Both the position numbers and the translations under genes were made by a program. This document shows positions 18,204 through 27,452 of a stretch of 54,695 bases of DNA, in pieces. Below the pieces are notes generated by a model. That model searched no databases. It saw nothing but the letters and a program-made list of their open reading frames with translations, and had not been told where the DNA came from. Source of the stretch: an uncultured Planctomycetaceae bacterium (GTDB lineage: Bacteria; Planctomycetota; Phycisphaerae; UBA1845; UTPLA1); contig CAZFMS010000001.1 in assembly GCA_964520125.1 (NCBI GenBank), positions 1 to 54,695 on the forward strand, read 5' to 3'. Within the stretch, counting starts at the first letter, position 1. Every line of letters starts with the position of its first letter.

Positions 18204-18967
18204 GAGTTCCTCCCTTTCAGGCCAATCACAATAGAACACCGATTGACGACGCTCTGCGTGACACCACTCTGGCCCACAAAGCGCGACAGCTCTGCGAAGT
18301 TCTTGGAGAATGCCTGATCGGACATGAGCCGGTGAGCCGAGTAAGGCTTCTGCTGAATCCAGTCGAGCCAGTCACGGTCTGCCGGCGCGGCAGGTTCCTC
18401 GTGAACTGCAGTCCTGATTTCGCCAAAGCCAGCAGCTCTCATTACCTGCACGATCTGCGAGATTCGCGGAAATCGCTCCAGTTCTGCTGCGAGAGCCTCG
18501 GGGAAGAACCTCAAGTCCAGTTGCTCACCGAGTTGCTCATGCGATAAGCTTGTGATAGCTATACCGCCAGACCTTGGCAAAACGCGTGCAGCTTCCCGTA
18601 GCACATGCCCGGGCTCGCGAAAACGGTGGATGGCCAAGTTGATCTGTACGGCGGTAAAGGCGCCATCCGAGAACTGCAGGTTGTCAGCGTCCTGGCGGTC
18701 CCAGTTAACGAGAGGATTGGTTTGGCGGGCGTGAGCGATTCGGCCGGCGTCAACGTCAACGCCACAAGCGTGACAACCAGCCAGCGCCGAGACCATCGAC
18801 GTGTGCTTGCCGGTCCCGCAGCCTATGTCCAGCAACCGATCCTCGGATGCCAGCCGGAGTTCCTGCACGAGACGCTGGCACAGCAGGGGGCTATAACCAC
18901 GCAGTGCGTCGTATTCACACGGGCTAAGTTGAGCCTCACGGGAGAGACGACAAACGCGTTTGAGCAT
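18200..18967 (-). CDS. Class I SAM-dependent methyltransferase
   Basis: 255 aa with SAM motif I LLDIGCGTGKH. It has the Methyltransf_11-like layout (DADNLQFSDGAFTAV, LREAARVLPRSGG). Confidence 0.8.
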   Translation of the reverse strand: MLKRVCRLSREAQLSPCEYDALRGYSPLLCQRLVQELRLASEDRLLDIGCGTGKHTSMVSALAGCHACGVDVDAGRIAHARQTNPLVNWDRQDADNLQFSDGAFTAVQINLAIHRFREPGHVLREAARVLPRSGGIAITSLSHEQLGEQLDLRFFPEALAAELERFPRISQIVQVMRAAGFGEIRTAVHEEPAAPADRDWLDWIQQKPYSAHRLMSDQAFSKNFAELSRFVGQSGVTQSVVNRCSIVIGLKGRNS

Positions 18968-19982
18968 TGGGGCAAATCTCCAACTTCAAACCTCGTGCCA
19001 TCGCACGCTTTTTAGTCTCAACTTCGTCAAAGGTAAATGGCTTGACGATCTGACGTCGCTTGTGAAAGTGCACAGCGGCCTCAGCATCACAGCGAAGTCG
19101 CAAGATTCGGCCTGCATCGTCGAAGAGGAAGGCTCTCCGATAAGGACCGCTACTCCCCGCCATCAAGACGAGCGTGAGGGGCAGTCCCCAAAGACGTTGG
19201 ATGTCACCAAGATCACCGGCCGGTTCGAATAGCGTGACTGGACCTAGAACATCGTTGTATTCCTGACGCGAAACCTTAAGTTCCTCAGAGGATCCCTGCT
19301 CAAGCAGACGGATCGCATCGCGGCTCGCTGCAAAAATGGCCTCTTCTCGCTCTGCTTCATCGTTCTCGTCAACATTCCCGTTGTGGAGGTGGATTTTGAG
19401 TCGGATCTTGGTCAGGAGCAATAACAGGACCAGCAAGAACGCCTCCGCCAGAGGCCTCTCTTGTATTGGCGTATCATTGGCGTAGATTAGCAATGAGCTT
19501 TTAGGTTTCTGTTCGATCAGCATGTAAAGGACCCCGAGCAAGTCGGCGTTGGCTGCTGACAGAGGTCCCCGCTCAGGAGTATCGAAAGAAACCCGCACAT
19601 CAGCAGGAGCCTTACCCAACACCTCGCGCGCAATTTGACGAACGGCCTTGGAGAGGTCGGTAGGCAGTCCCTCCGTGCCCGGCACGTCGGTGGCCAGAGC
19701 TTGCACTGGCAAAAAGCAGTAAGCACTTTCGTCGTCGCCGAGCGTGCGTGCGAGCCACTTGCGAACGGCTCTTGAAAGCGGCTTTCGGCGGCGATTCCTC
19801 TCCAAGTCGTGGATCAACGACTGCGTTGCCTTTTGCCGGCGGCCGCTGGCCAGCAACGGGCGCACGCTTGGAGGCTGATTGTTCAACGCGCTGGCCAGCT
19901 GTTGTTGAGTCCACCCTTGCCGCCTACGGTCAGCTCGCACGAGATCGCCGAGCGTCTTGAACTCCTGTTCGCCGGGCATCAT
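18936..19982 (-). CDS. XRE-type helix-turn-helix protein with an unrecognised ~250-aa C-terminal region
   Basis: 348 aa. The N-terminal HTH reads LGDLVRADRRRQGWTQQQLASAL ... LIHDLERNRR. I matched the remainder to no family. The 3' end overlaps the methyltransferase ATG by 32 nt. Confidence 0.65.
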   Translation of the reverse strand: MMPGEQEFKTLGDLVRADRRRQGWTQQQLASALNNQPPSVRPLLASGRRQKATQSLIHDLERNRRRKPLSRAVRKWLARTLGDDESAYCFLPVQALATDVPGTEGLPTDLSKAVRQIAREVLGKAPADVRVSFDTPERGPLSAANADLLGVLYMLIEQKPKSSLLIYANDTPIQERPLAEAFLLVLLLLLTKIRLKIHLHNGNVDENDEAEREEAIFAASRDAIRLLEQGSSEELKVSRQEYNDVLGPVTLFEPAGDLGDIQRLWGLPLTLVLMAGSSGPYRRAFLFDDAGRILRLRCDAEAAVHFHKRRQIVKPFTFDEVETKKRAMARGLKLEICPNAQTRLSSLP

Positions 19983-20219
19983 CCAAACCTCGATCCAGCA
20001 TGGTTTTATCGTCGTGAACGGTCCATTTTAGCCAAGCCGTCCGGACGCGGCAACAGCGAATGTGCAGCAGTCTGATATTGCGATAAAAACGTAGGTAGCC
20101 AGAAGAAAAAAGCCGGATACGTGGAAAACGGCGGGATGCGCGACTACAATCCCAAAGTCAGGATAACGGCCACGGGCTGGGCCTGCTGGAGCCCTGACCC
20201 TTGACCACGGAGTAACGCC

Positions 20220-20372
20220 ATGACGACGAAACCAGTGTTGACATTGCTGATGGCCAGTGTCCTTGCTTGGCTGGACACGCGCTGGCTCCTTGGGGCTCTG
20301 ATCGTGCTCAACGTTGCAGCGTTGCTGGCGATGTACTCGTACGTACGCTGGTACTTCGACAATCATCGCTAG
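20220..20372 (+). CDS. Candidate 50-aa membrane peptide, divergent from the HTH gene
   Basis: My own translation is MTTKPVLTLLMASVLAWLDTRWLLGALIVLNVAALLAMYSYVRWYFDNHR. GGAG lies 7 nt upstream. It is shorter than the track cut-off. Confidence 0.3.
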   Translation: MTTKPVLTLLMASVLAWLDTRWLLGALIVLNVAALLAMYSYVRWYFDNHR

Positions 20373-20571
20373 CAGCCGCGTAGGGTACGTCCCGGACGCA
20401 CCTTCTGCTGCTGCGCGCATGCACCCACGCGATTTCCGGCTCAACCCGGGCCGCCGGCGGTGGACCGCGAGTGCCATTCGGGACTGGCTACTTTTCGGCG
20501 CGGAAAGAGGGTCTGGCGAGCCCGTTTCCGGAGCAGCGATTCGGATGTGGAGAGGGGGGGCGGGGGTCGGA

Positions 20572-21327
20572 TCAGTCTGGCTCCGGCAGGGTGACGGGAC
20601 ACTCCGGGCAGTGGGCGGGGCCTGCTCGGGGGATTGAGCGGTAGATCATTACGCCGCCCATCAGGACGACCAGGCAGGCGGCGGCGCGGAGGGTTTTGAG
20701 GCGGGTGGCGTGGGTTAGCAGGCGGCCGCCGCAGCCTATTGCGATCATTGCCGGGGCGGTGCCTAGGCCGAAGCAGGCCATTATACACATGCCGTGCAGG
20801 ACATTGCCGGTGGCGATGGCCATGGCCAGGAAGGCGTAGACCAGGCCGCAGGGTAGGAAGCCGGTGGCCAGGCCGGCGAGGAAGTGGCCTGACCAGCCGC
20901 GGGCGTTTAGGAAGTGGGCGAAGAAGCCCGCGAACAACCCGCCTGCTTGGCCGGTTACCATTCGCTTAAAGGGAATCAACCCTAATAAGGACAGGCCGAT
21001 GTAGATCATTACTGCTCCGGCCAGGATGGAGAACGCTCGTTGGGCGCTGACCAAGGACGATTGAAACTGGGAGAGATAGAGACCGGCGAAGCCCGCGACG
21101 GCGCCCAGGAAGGAGTAGGTGCAGATCCGGCCGAGAGTATAGATAACCTGACGGGCCAGGAGATCTCTGCCGTGGTTGGCGAAGCCCTGGACGAAGGAGC
21201 GGGCGGTGCCGGGAGAGGGTCGGGATCCTTCCTGGGCGCCTAGCGCTGCCGCCAGGGGGCCGCACATGCCGATGCAGTGGGCCGATCCGAGAAACGCCCC
21301 GACCAGGACGGCGATCAGCTCGGTCAT
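20572..21327 (-). CDS. DsbD_2 / TauE-SafE-like membrane protein
   Basis: 251 aa with about 6 TM segments. The N-terminal motif is GSAHCIGMCGP. The ATG overlaps the ccoI TGA (ATGA). This pairing with CcoI-type ATPases is common. Confidence 0.7.
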   Translation of the reverse strand: MTELIAVLVGAFLGSAHCIGMCGPLAAALGAQEGSRPSPGTARSFVQGFANHGRDLLARQVIYTLGRICTYSFLGAVAGFAGLYLSQFQSSLVSAQRAFSILAGAVMIYIGLSLLGLIPFKRMVTGQAGGLFAGFFAHFLNARGWSGHFLAGLATGFLPCGLVYAFLAMAIATGNVLHGMCIMACFGLGTAPAMIAIGCGGRLLTHATRLKTLRAAACLVVLMGGVMIYRSIPRAGPAHCPECPVTLPEPD

Positions 21328-23471
21328 TGGTCACCCTCCGGTGGGCCGCGCCCCAATCTCAGAGAATTGCCCACCACCAGCAGGCTGCTGACTACCATGG
21401 CCGCGGCGGCGAAGATCGGGCTCAGCTTGCCGGTCACCGCCAGCGACATCCCAACGACATTGTAAGCGAAGGCCCAGAACAGATTGACCTTGATGGTCCG
21501 CACCGTCCGGCGGGCCAGCCTGATCAGCCAGGGCAGGGCGGCCAGATCATTGCCCAGCAGGCACAGGCCTGCAGACTCGCGGGTCACCTCGGCCCCGCAG
21601 CCCATGGCTATCCCCACATCTGCTGCGGCCAGTGCCGGGGCGTCGTTCAGGCCGTCGCCGACCATGGCCGTCGAGCCGTACTGGTGTCGCCTTTCGGCGA
21701 CCTTGCGGACCTTGTCCTCCGGCATCAATTCCGCGAGTACCTCGACGCCCAAAGCCTCGGCGATCGACCGACCTCGGGGCCCATGGTCGCCGGTCAACAC
21801 GCTCACGTTGCAGCCCAGGGCCTGCAAGTCAGCGATGGCCTGGGGACCTTCCGGGCGCAGCGTCTCGGACAAGCCGAAGACGCCCTGCACCACGCCGCCC
21901 CAGCCGATACAGGCGATGCTTCGACCCTCGCTCATCAGGCCTCGACAGGCCCGCTCCGTTGCATCATCAAAGTCCAGCGAACGCTCCGCCATCATGGTGA
22001 CGCTGCCCAGGATGATCAGCTCACCGTCGCCGCCGCCGATCAGCCCCCGGCCCGCGACGGTCTTGACATTGGCAACTTCCGCAACGGTCACTCCTCGTTG
22101 CTCAACGTATGCCACAATGGCGCGAGAGGCCGCGTGATTTGACTTGCGGGCCAAGCCGGCGGCCAGGCTAAGCACGCGGTGCTCGTCTACTAACGGATGA
22201 TCCTCAGGCGCTGCCGGTCGATCGAAGGCCCGGCCGACAAACGAGGTGACCGTGGGCCGGCCGGTGGTCAGGGTACCGGTCTTGTCGAGACAGACGGCGC
22301 GGATTCCGGCAAGGGCTTCGATCACTCGACCGTCTCGAAAGAGCATCCCCCCTGACGCGGCCCGGCCCAGCGCGACCCACAGGGCCGTCGGGGTGGCGAT
22401 GCCCAAGGCACAGGGGCAGGCTATCAACATCACCGCCAGGCTGGACATGATGGCCTCGTCCCAGCCGCCGCGTCGGTGACCCAGCACCATCCCCAGGGCC
22501 GCCAGGGCCATGGTCAGGGGCAGGAAGACCGCCGCGACCCGGTCGGCCAGGCGCTGGAAGCGACCCTTGGACCGCTTGGCGGCCTCCAGCAGGGCGATCA
22601 GACGACCCAGCGTGGTCTCTGAACCGACCGCCGTCGCCCGGATGGTCAGGGCCCCGTCCAGGTTGACCGTTCCGGCCCGCACGGCGTCGCCGACATTTTT
22701 GGCCATGGGGGTGCTCTCGCCGGTGACCAACTGCTCATCGACCTGGGCCTGGCCCGATTCTATTACCCCGTCGAACGGTATCCGCTCGCCGGCGGGAACC
22801 AGCACGCGGTCGCCGGTGCGCACGTCTTCGGTGCGGGCGACTATGGTTTCACCCTCACGTTGGATCGACACCTCCGCGGGGATCATGGCCTCCAAGGCCT
22901 CGACCGCGGCGGAGGCTTTTAGCTTGCCGCTGGCCTCCAGCCATCGACCGAGGGTGACCAGCACCAGGATCATGCAGGCGGTTTCGTAGTAGGTGTCGCC
23001 CCGATCGGTCAGGGTCGAGATGTAGGAATAGACGAACGCCGCCCCCACGCCGAGCACCACCAGGGCGTCGGTGGAGACGATTCGTTGTCGCCACTGGGCG
23101 GCGGCGTTGGCCAGGATCGGCACCCCGAGGATGAAGAAGACGGGGGTAGCAAAGACCAGCGACGCGTAGCGCATGAACCCGGCCAGGCTGACGGCCAACG
23201 GCGAGGCCGTCGATTCGTTGGGCCCATAGATTTCCTGTCCGTAGAGGTACATGCTGAAGACCATCACGCCCATGGACAGGAAGACGGCCACGCCCAACCG
23301 GGTCAGCATCCAGACGGCCTGGCCCTGCTCGCCGCGGGCCTGGGTGATCCGGGCGGCCAGGCGGCATCCGTAGCAGCAATACACCGGCGAAGGGTCACCG
23401 GCCGGCCCGGCGCTCGCCGCCGTCGCCCTCATGGGCAGGTGGCAGTAATCGCACATCTGGTTTGTGGGCAC
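21324..23471 (-). CDS. ccoI: Heavy-metal (copper) translocating P-type ATPase, CcoI/FixI-like
   Basis: 715 aa with the N-terminal Cys cluster CDYCHLP..YCCYGCRLA, then ACPCALGIATP, DKTGTLT and GDGLNDAP. The start may instead be ATG 23456. Confidence 0.85.
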   Translation of the reverse strand: MPTNQMCDYCHLPMRATAASAGPAGDPSPVYCCYGCRLAARITQARGEQGQAVWMLTRLGVAVFLSMGVMVFSMYLYGQEIYGPNESTASPLAVSLAGFMRYASLVFATPVFFILGVPILANAAAQWRQRIVSTDALVVLGVGAAFVYSYISTLTDRGDTYYETACMILVLVTLGRWLEASGKLKASAAVEALEAMIPAEVSIQREGETIVARTEDVRTGDRVLVPAGERIPFDGVIESGQAQVDEQLVTGESTPMAKNVGDAVRAGTVNLDGALTIRATAVGSETTLGRLIALLEAAKRSKGRFQRLADRVAAVFLPLTMALAALGMVLGHRRGGWDEAIMSSLAVMLIACPCALGIATPTALWVALGRAASGGMLFRDGRVIEALAGIRAVCLDKTGTLTTGRPTVTSFVGRAFDRPAAPEDHPLVDEHRVLSLAAGLARKSNHAASRAIVAYVEQRGVTVAEVANVKTVAGRGLIGGGDGELIILGSVTMMAERSLDFDDATERACRGLMSEGRSIACIGWGGVVQGVFGLSETLRPEGPQAIADLQALGCNVSVLTGDHGPRGRSIAEALGVEVLAELMPEDKVRKVAERRHQYGSTAMVGDGLNDAPALAAADVGIAMGCGAEVTRESAGLCLLGNDLAALPWLIRLARRTVRTIKVNLFWAFAYNVVGMSLAVTGKLSPIFAAAAMVVSSLLVVGNSLRLGRGPPEGDQ

Positions 23472-23506
23472 GGGTCACCAGGTAAGTTTTTGCTCTCGTA
23501 GGGGCA

Positions 23507-24484
23507 TCAACGAGGCCGGTCCATTCGGCCGCTGCCCCGTGCGTCGCCTGACGCGCAGCGGGCCAGCAGAGGAATGACCCGGCCGGCCATCTTGAAGTAC
23601 TCGGCATTGACTTCCAGGCCGATGCTTTTCAGCCCGAGTCCGGCGGCCGCGGCGATCGTCGAGCCGGAACCCATGAAGGGATCCAGGATCGTGCCTCTGC
23701 CCAGGGGCAACGCCGCCCGGACGATCTGACGGAGGAAACCCTGGGGCTTCAAAGAGGGATGCGGGGCAATCTCCCGCTCGCGCCCGCGGGCCGGGGCGGA
23801 GTGAATCAAGTCCCTGAACGGCTCGCTGTCGGAGATACGCCGAAGTCCGCCCGTCTTCCATTTCCTGAGGTTGTCTTGCACCCGACCTTGGCAAGGCTTG
23901 CGGAACAGGCCCCACGGCTCCCAGCAGGACTTGGGCATCACGCTCACTTCCGAGAATTCCTGATGGGCGTTCTTGGGACGGTCGCCGCCGCGCAGGGTGT
24001 GCACTACCCGGATGATCTCCCCCCGCTTCTCGAAGCCTGCGGTGACAAAGGGCTCGTAGACCAGGTGCGACACCAGCGGATTGGTGGCGATGAACACATG
24101 GGCCCCGGGGACCAGGGCCGGCATCAACAACTCCGCCAGGCGGCCGAAGAAGAGCCCCAGACCGGCCCGCTGCTTGGGGGTCAGCACCGTGAAGCGCGGT
24201 AGGGGACGACGCCGACAGCCATCGAACGAAGGCGGGATCCGCCAGATGCCGCCGCGCCCCCGCTTCAATTTCTGCAGCTCGCCCGGCGAGTACTCCACCA
24301 GGCCGTAGGGGGGATCGGTTACTACCGCGTGGATCGATCGCGGCTTGGCCGTACGTAACCAGTCAAAGGCATCCGCATGGACGATTTCGTAGGCCGCCAA
24401 GGTGCGGGCATGTTTCGCAGGTAAGAGTTGAGTCCGGGAGGTTTCGCCTCTCTCGGGTTTCCGTCTGGCCGCGGCGTGAGCCAT
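23507..24484 (-). CDS. Site-specific DNA methyltransferase (N6-adenine/N4-cytosine family, beta-class motif order)
   Basis: Motif IV VVTDPPYG precedes motif I ILDPFMGSGST. ATG 24484 follows AAGGAAAGG. The track ORF extends to 24529. Confidence 0.8.
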   Translation of the reverse strand: MAHAAARRKPERGETSRTQLLPAKHARTLAAYEIVHADAFDWLRTAKPRSIHAVVTDPPYGLVEYSPGELQKLKRGRGGIWRIPPSFDGCRRRPLPRFTVLTPKQRAGLGLFFGRLAELLMPALVPGAHVFIATNPLVSHLVYEPFVTAGFEKRGEIIRVVHTLRGGDRPKNAHQEFSEVSVMPKSCWEPWGLFRKPCQGRVQDNLRKWKTGGLRRISDSEPFRDLIHSAPARGREREIAPHPSLKPQGFLRQIVRAALPLGRGTILDPFMGSGSTIAAAAGLGLKSIGLEVNAEYFKMAGRVIPLLARCASGDARGSGRMDRPR

Positions 24485-24532
24485 GTCCACCTTTCCTTGC
24501 TGTCCTCCGCCATCACCGCCCCGGCCCACGGG

Positions 24533-24799
24533 TCAGAAGTAGTTTCTGGTCATCGGGATCACGTACTTGATGACGTACCAGATGGCCCCGATCCAAAAGC
24601 AAACCCACATCGCCCGCACCCACCAGGGAATGCGGTGGGTGGTGTAGGTATGAAACCGGCCGTCTTCCTGCGAAGACGATCCTTGCTCTGCCTCCCCGGC
24701 GCTCCCCCGTACGGAGGGTGCCGGCTCGATGTCCCCGGCGTCCTTCCGCAGGGAAGATTGTTGCTCTGCCTCGGGGGACCCGTTGGGTGGCTTGGCCAT
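24533..24799 (-). CDS. Small membrane protein of the cco cluster (unassigned)
   Basis: 88 aa with an acidic/polar N-terminus and one C-terminal TM (IPWWVRAMWVCFWIGAIWYVIKYVI). It starts 3 nt after the preceding ORF. Confidence 0.5.
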   Translation of the reverse strand: MAKPPNGSPEAEQQSSLRKDAGDIEPAPSVRGSAGEAEQGSSSQEDGRFHTYTTHRIPWWVRAMWVCFWIGAIWYVIKYVIPMTRNYF

Positions 24800-24802
24800 G
24801 GG

Positions 24803-25114
24803 CTAGTCGCTCCACTCCCGACCGTCGCGGCGGTCGAGTTCGGCCTCGCGCTCCAGCATGGTGTACTTGGGGCCTTCTACGTTTCGGAACATGCCGTGGA
24901 GGATGGCCCAGATCAGCAGACAGGTCATCCCGGCGGCGACCAGCAGATAGTTCAGGATCGGGATGATGGTGAAGTGGCCGCCTTCTACCGTCCTCAGGGT
25001 CTTGAAGAATTGGACCAGCTTGTCGGTGAACCCGTAACACCCGGGCACGAGGACGAAGATCGCGATGATCCACAGGGCGATCCGCTTGCCCCGGGATTCG
25101 GTAGGCCTGATCAT
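24803..25114 (-). CDS. CcoS/FixS-like cbb3 maturation protein with an extra N-terminal TM segment
   Basis: 103 aa. The C-terminal half LLIWAILHGMFRNVEGPKYTMLE resembles the CcoS core (W..GQFDDLEGP). The ATG overlaps the ccoO TGA. Confidence 0.45.
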   Translation of the reverse strand: MIRPTESRGKRIALWIIAIFVLVPGCYGFTDKLVQFFKTLRTVEGGHFTIIPILNYLLVAAGMTCLLIWAILHGMFRNVEGPKYTMLEREAELDRRDGREWSD

Positions 25115-25884
25115 GATTCACCTCTGCCGGGACGGGCAACTGATCGGCCCGCACCGCCCGAGAGCCGGTCGGCCATCGGGCCCTGGGCCGGCGAGACTCC
25201 GATCACCTCGGCCGACTCGCGGTCCTCGGCCTGGGTTGGTTCGGCGATTTCATGCTTGACCGGCCCTTGACCGCGCCAATAGGGGTATTCCTCCAGCCAG
25301 CTTCCCAACCACTGCACATAAGTGATGATCGCCATGCCCTTCTTGTTCGGGTAACCCCCCTCATCGTAGAACCACCGGTAGGCCGGCATCACCGACACGG
25401 GCACCACGTTTCTGGGCTCATAGAAGTGGGCCAAATGCCAGTCGTTGCTTTTTCGGCCGGCCTCCCGGATCAGATCCGGGCCTACGCGGCGGGTGCCGAA
25501 CAAGACCGGCCGCTGCAAGCGGTTCTGGTATTCGCGGGCGTGGGAGACGGGGCCCCAGCGGACGTCATCCTTGGTGTCCATGATGCGAATCTGCTGGCTA
25601 TGGCAATGCCAGCAACCCTCGGCCACGTAGATGTCGTGGCCGAGCTGCAGGGCCTCGGCGAAGGAGTCGTAGCCTACCTCGCCGAAGTAGTCCTGGAACC
25701 GATCGGGGAACTTCTCCCGCAATTCGACGAACTCGGGGACGATCCCTTCACCGGCCAGCTCGGCGACGGTCTTCTCGGGCTCGTTCATGTAGATGGTCCA
25801 GGGCAGCAGGCCCATGACCACGAAAGACAGGGCGAAGAAGCCCACTCCGGCCACCAGGAATACACCCGATCTAGTCTCGAACAT
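25111..25884 (-). CDS. ccoO: cbb3-type cytochrome c oxidase subunit II (monohaem)
   Basis: 257 aa with an N-terminal TM and GHDIYVAEGCWHCHSQQIR, the FixO haem motif and its context. Confidence 0.85.
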   Translation of the reverse strand: MFETRSGVFLVAGVGFFALSFVVMGLLPWTIYMNEPEKTVAELAGEGIVPEFVELREKFPDRFQDYFGEVGYDSFAEALQLGHDIYVAEGCWHCHSQQIRIMDTKDDVRWGPVSHAREYQNRLQRPVLFGTRRVGPDLIREAGRKSNDWHLAHFYEPRNVVPVSVMPAYRWFYDEGGYPNKKGMAIITYVQWLGSWLEEYPYWRGQGPVKHEIAEPTQAEDRESAEVIGVSPAQGPMADRLSGGAGRSVARPGRGES

Positions 25885-25907
25885 CCGCCGCTGACCCTCG
25901 TCTAATA

Positions 25908-27377
25908 CTATCCTGCAGCCGGGGCGGGGCCCACAGATGCGTCTGCCGCCGCCGTCGGCCTACCCGCCCGCTGGTACTTCCAAGTCATGATGATGTTGCC
26001 CACGAAGATGACCTGGGCGACCATGATCACCGCCCCGCTGATGGTCCGCACCAGCCAGAACGGCTCGGACGCCACCAGCGACTCCTCCCAGGGGGCCATC
26101 GCCCGCCACTGGAAACCCTGGATCAACCCGGCGATCACCAGGTCCACGACCATGACGGCCGTGCCGACCGCGGTGAGCCAGAAGTGCCACTCATTCCAAC
26201 CGGGGCGGTACCACTGGCGGGCCCCCATCAAACGCGGCAGCAGGTGGGTGGCCATGCCCAGGATCCAGAAACCGAAGACCCCGAACATCACCATGTGCGA
26301 ATGGCCCACCACCCAGTCGGTGAAGTGGATGATCCGTTGAAAGGTGATGGTCACCTGAAACGCGCACTGCAGGCAGGTCAGGGTATAGAGCACCATGCCT
26401 ACGTAGAACCAGCGGATTGGCAGACTGGTGCGGAGGGCGTCACCCCTTCCGCGGATGGTGGCGAAGAAGTTGATGATTACGGTGAGGACCACGAACTCCA
26501 CCGCGATGGTGGCCACGATGGCCCCGTATTGCAGGAACATGGGGATCGGGCTGAGCAGGAAGTGGTGAATGCCGTTGAGCGGGTAGAAAAAGGCCAGCCC
26601 CCAGAACCCCACCAACGACAGCCCGTGGCTCCAGATCGGCTTCTTCAGCAGAATGGGCACGAAGTAGTACATCAGCCCCCAGCCGAGGGGAGTGACGAAC
26701 AGACCGACCAAATCGTGAATGAACAAACCGGCGATCGCCCCCGCCGAGGCCCCGTTGAAGAAATACTCGGGGATGAAATTGCCCATGGCATAGACCAGCA
26801 CCGTCCAGACCAGGGCGGCTATGAAATACCACAGCGAGACGTACATCGGACCGCTGGTCTTGAGGATCGGGGCCAGGAAATTGACCGCCACCAGGATCAG
26901 CCCGACCAGGGCCAGCGGGTCAATCCACACCGGGGTCTCGCCCCACTCCAGGGCCTGGGCCTCTCCGCCCAGGATGCCGATCACCGTGCCGATCACTACG
27001 ACCTGCCAGGCGAAGAAGATGAACCAGGACAGCTTGTTACTGAGCACCGGCCGGAGGGCCAGCCGCGGCACCGCCCAGTGCAGAGCCCCGAGAAAGGCGT
27101 TGGCCAGAAACCCGTAGGCCACCCCCTGGGTGTGAACCATCCGCCAGCGCCCCGGCGACAACAGCTCGATGCCGGTCGAGGGGTACATCTGCATGAATTG
27201 CATCGAAAACAAGAACCCCGCGAACATCGCCACCAGCATGTAGCTGAGGCTGGCGATGAAGAACCAGAGCACCAGGCGTTCGTTGACCAGTTGGTCTGGC
27301 GCCAGGATTCCCCTGCCCAGGCTGCCGCCGTGGTCCTCTTCAGGTGCGGCCGTGCCGCTGGTTGCCGCTCGGGTCAT
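25908..27377 (-). CDS. ccoN: cbb3-type cytochrome c oxidase subunit I
   Basis: 489 aa and polytopic, with His ligand contexts (HTQGVAYGF, HDLVG, WVVGHSHMVMFG) and a position upstream of ccoO. Confidence 0.9.
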   Translation of the reverse strand: MTRAATSGTAAPEEDHGGSLGRGILAPDQLVNERLVLWFFIASLSYMLVAMFAGFLFSMQFMQMYPSTGIELLSPGRWRMVHTQGVAYGFLANAFLGALHWAVPRLALRPVLSNKLSWFIFFAWQVVVIGTVIGILGGEAQALEWGETPVWIDPLALVGLILVAVNFLAPILKTSGPMYVSLWYFIAALVWTVLVYAMGNFIPEYFFNGASAGAIAGLFIHDLVGLFVTPLGWGLMYYFVPILLKKPIWSHGLSLVGFWGLAFFYPLNGIHHFLLSPIPMFLQYGAIVATIAVEFVVLTVIINFFATIRGRGDALRTSLPIRWFYVGMVLYTLTCLQCAFQVTITFQRIIHFTDWVVGHSHMVMFGVFGFWILGMATHLLPRLMGARQWYRPGWNEWHFWLTAVGTAVMVVDLVIAGLIQGFQWRAMAPWEESLVASEPFWLVRTISGAVIMVAQVIFVGNIIMTWKYQRAGRPTAAADASVGPAPAAG

Positions 27378-27452
27378 CCGCGAGGCTCCCCGGCTGGGTG
27401 CCCCGGTGAGACTCCACCCAAGACACTGCTCGAGAGCGGGGCCCCATCACCA

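Noticed and set aside
20028-20477. The 149-aa and 72-aa minus-strand ORFs in the spacer between the HTH gene and the DsbD_2 gene.
   Set aside because: Their translations are not protein-like, and they overlap the better-supported 50-codon plus-strand ORF, which has a Shine-Dalgarno. Neither has a recognisable start context.
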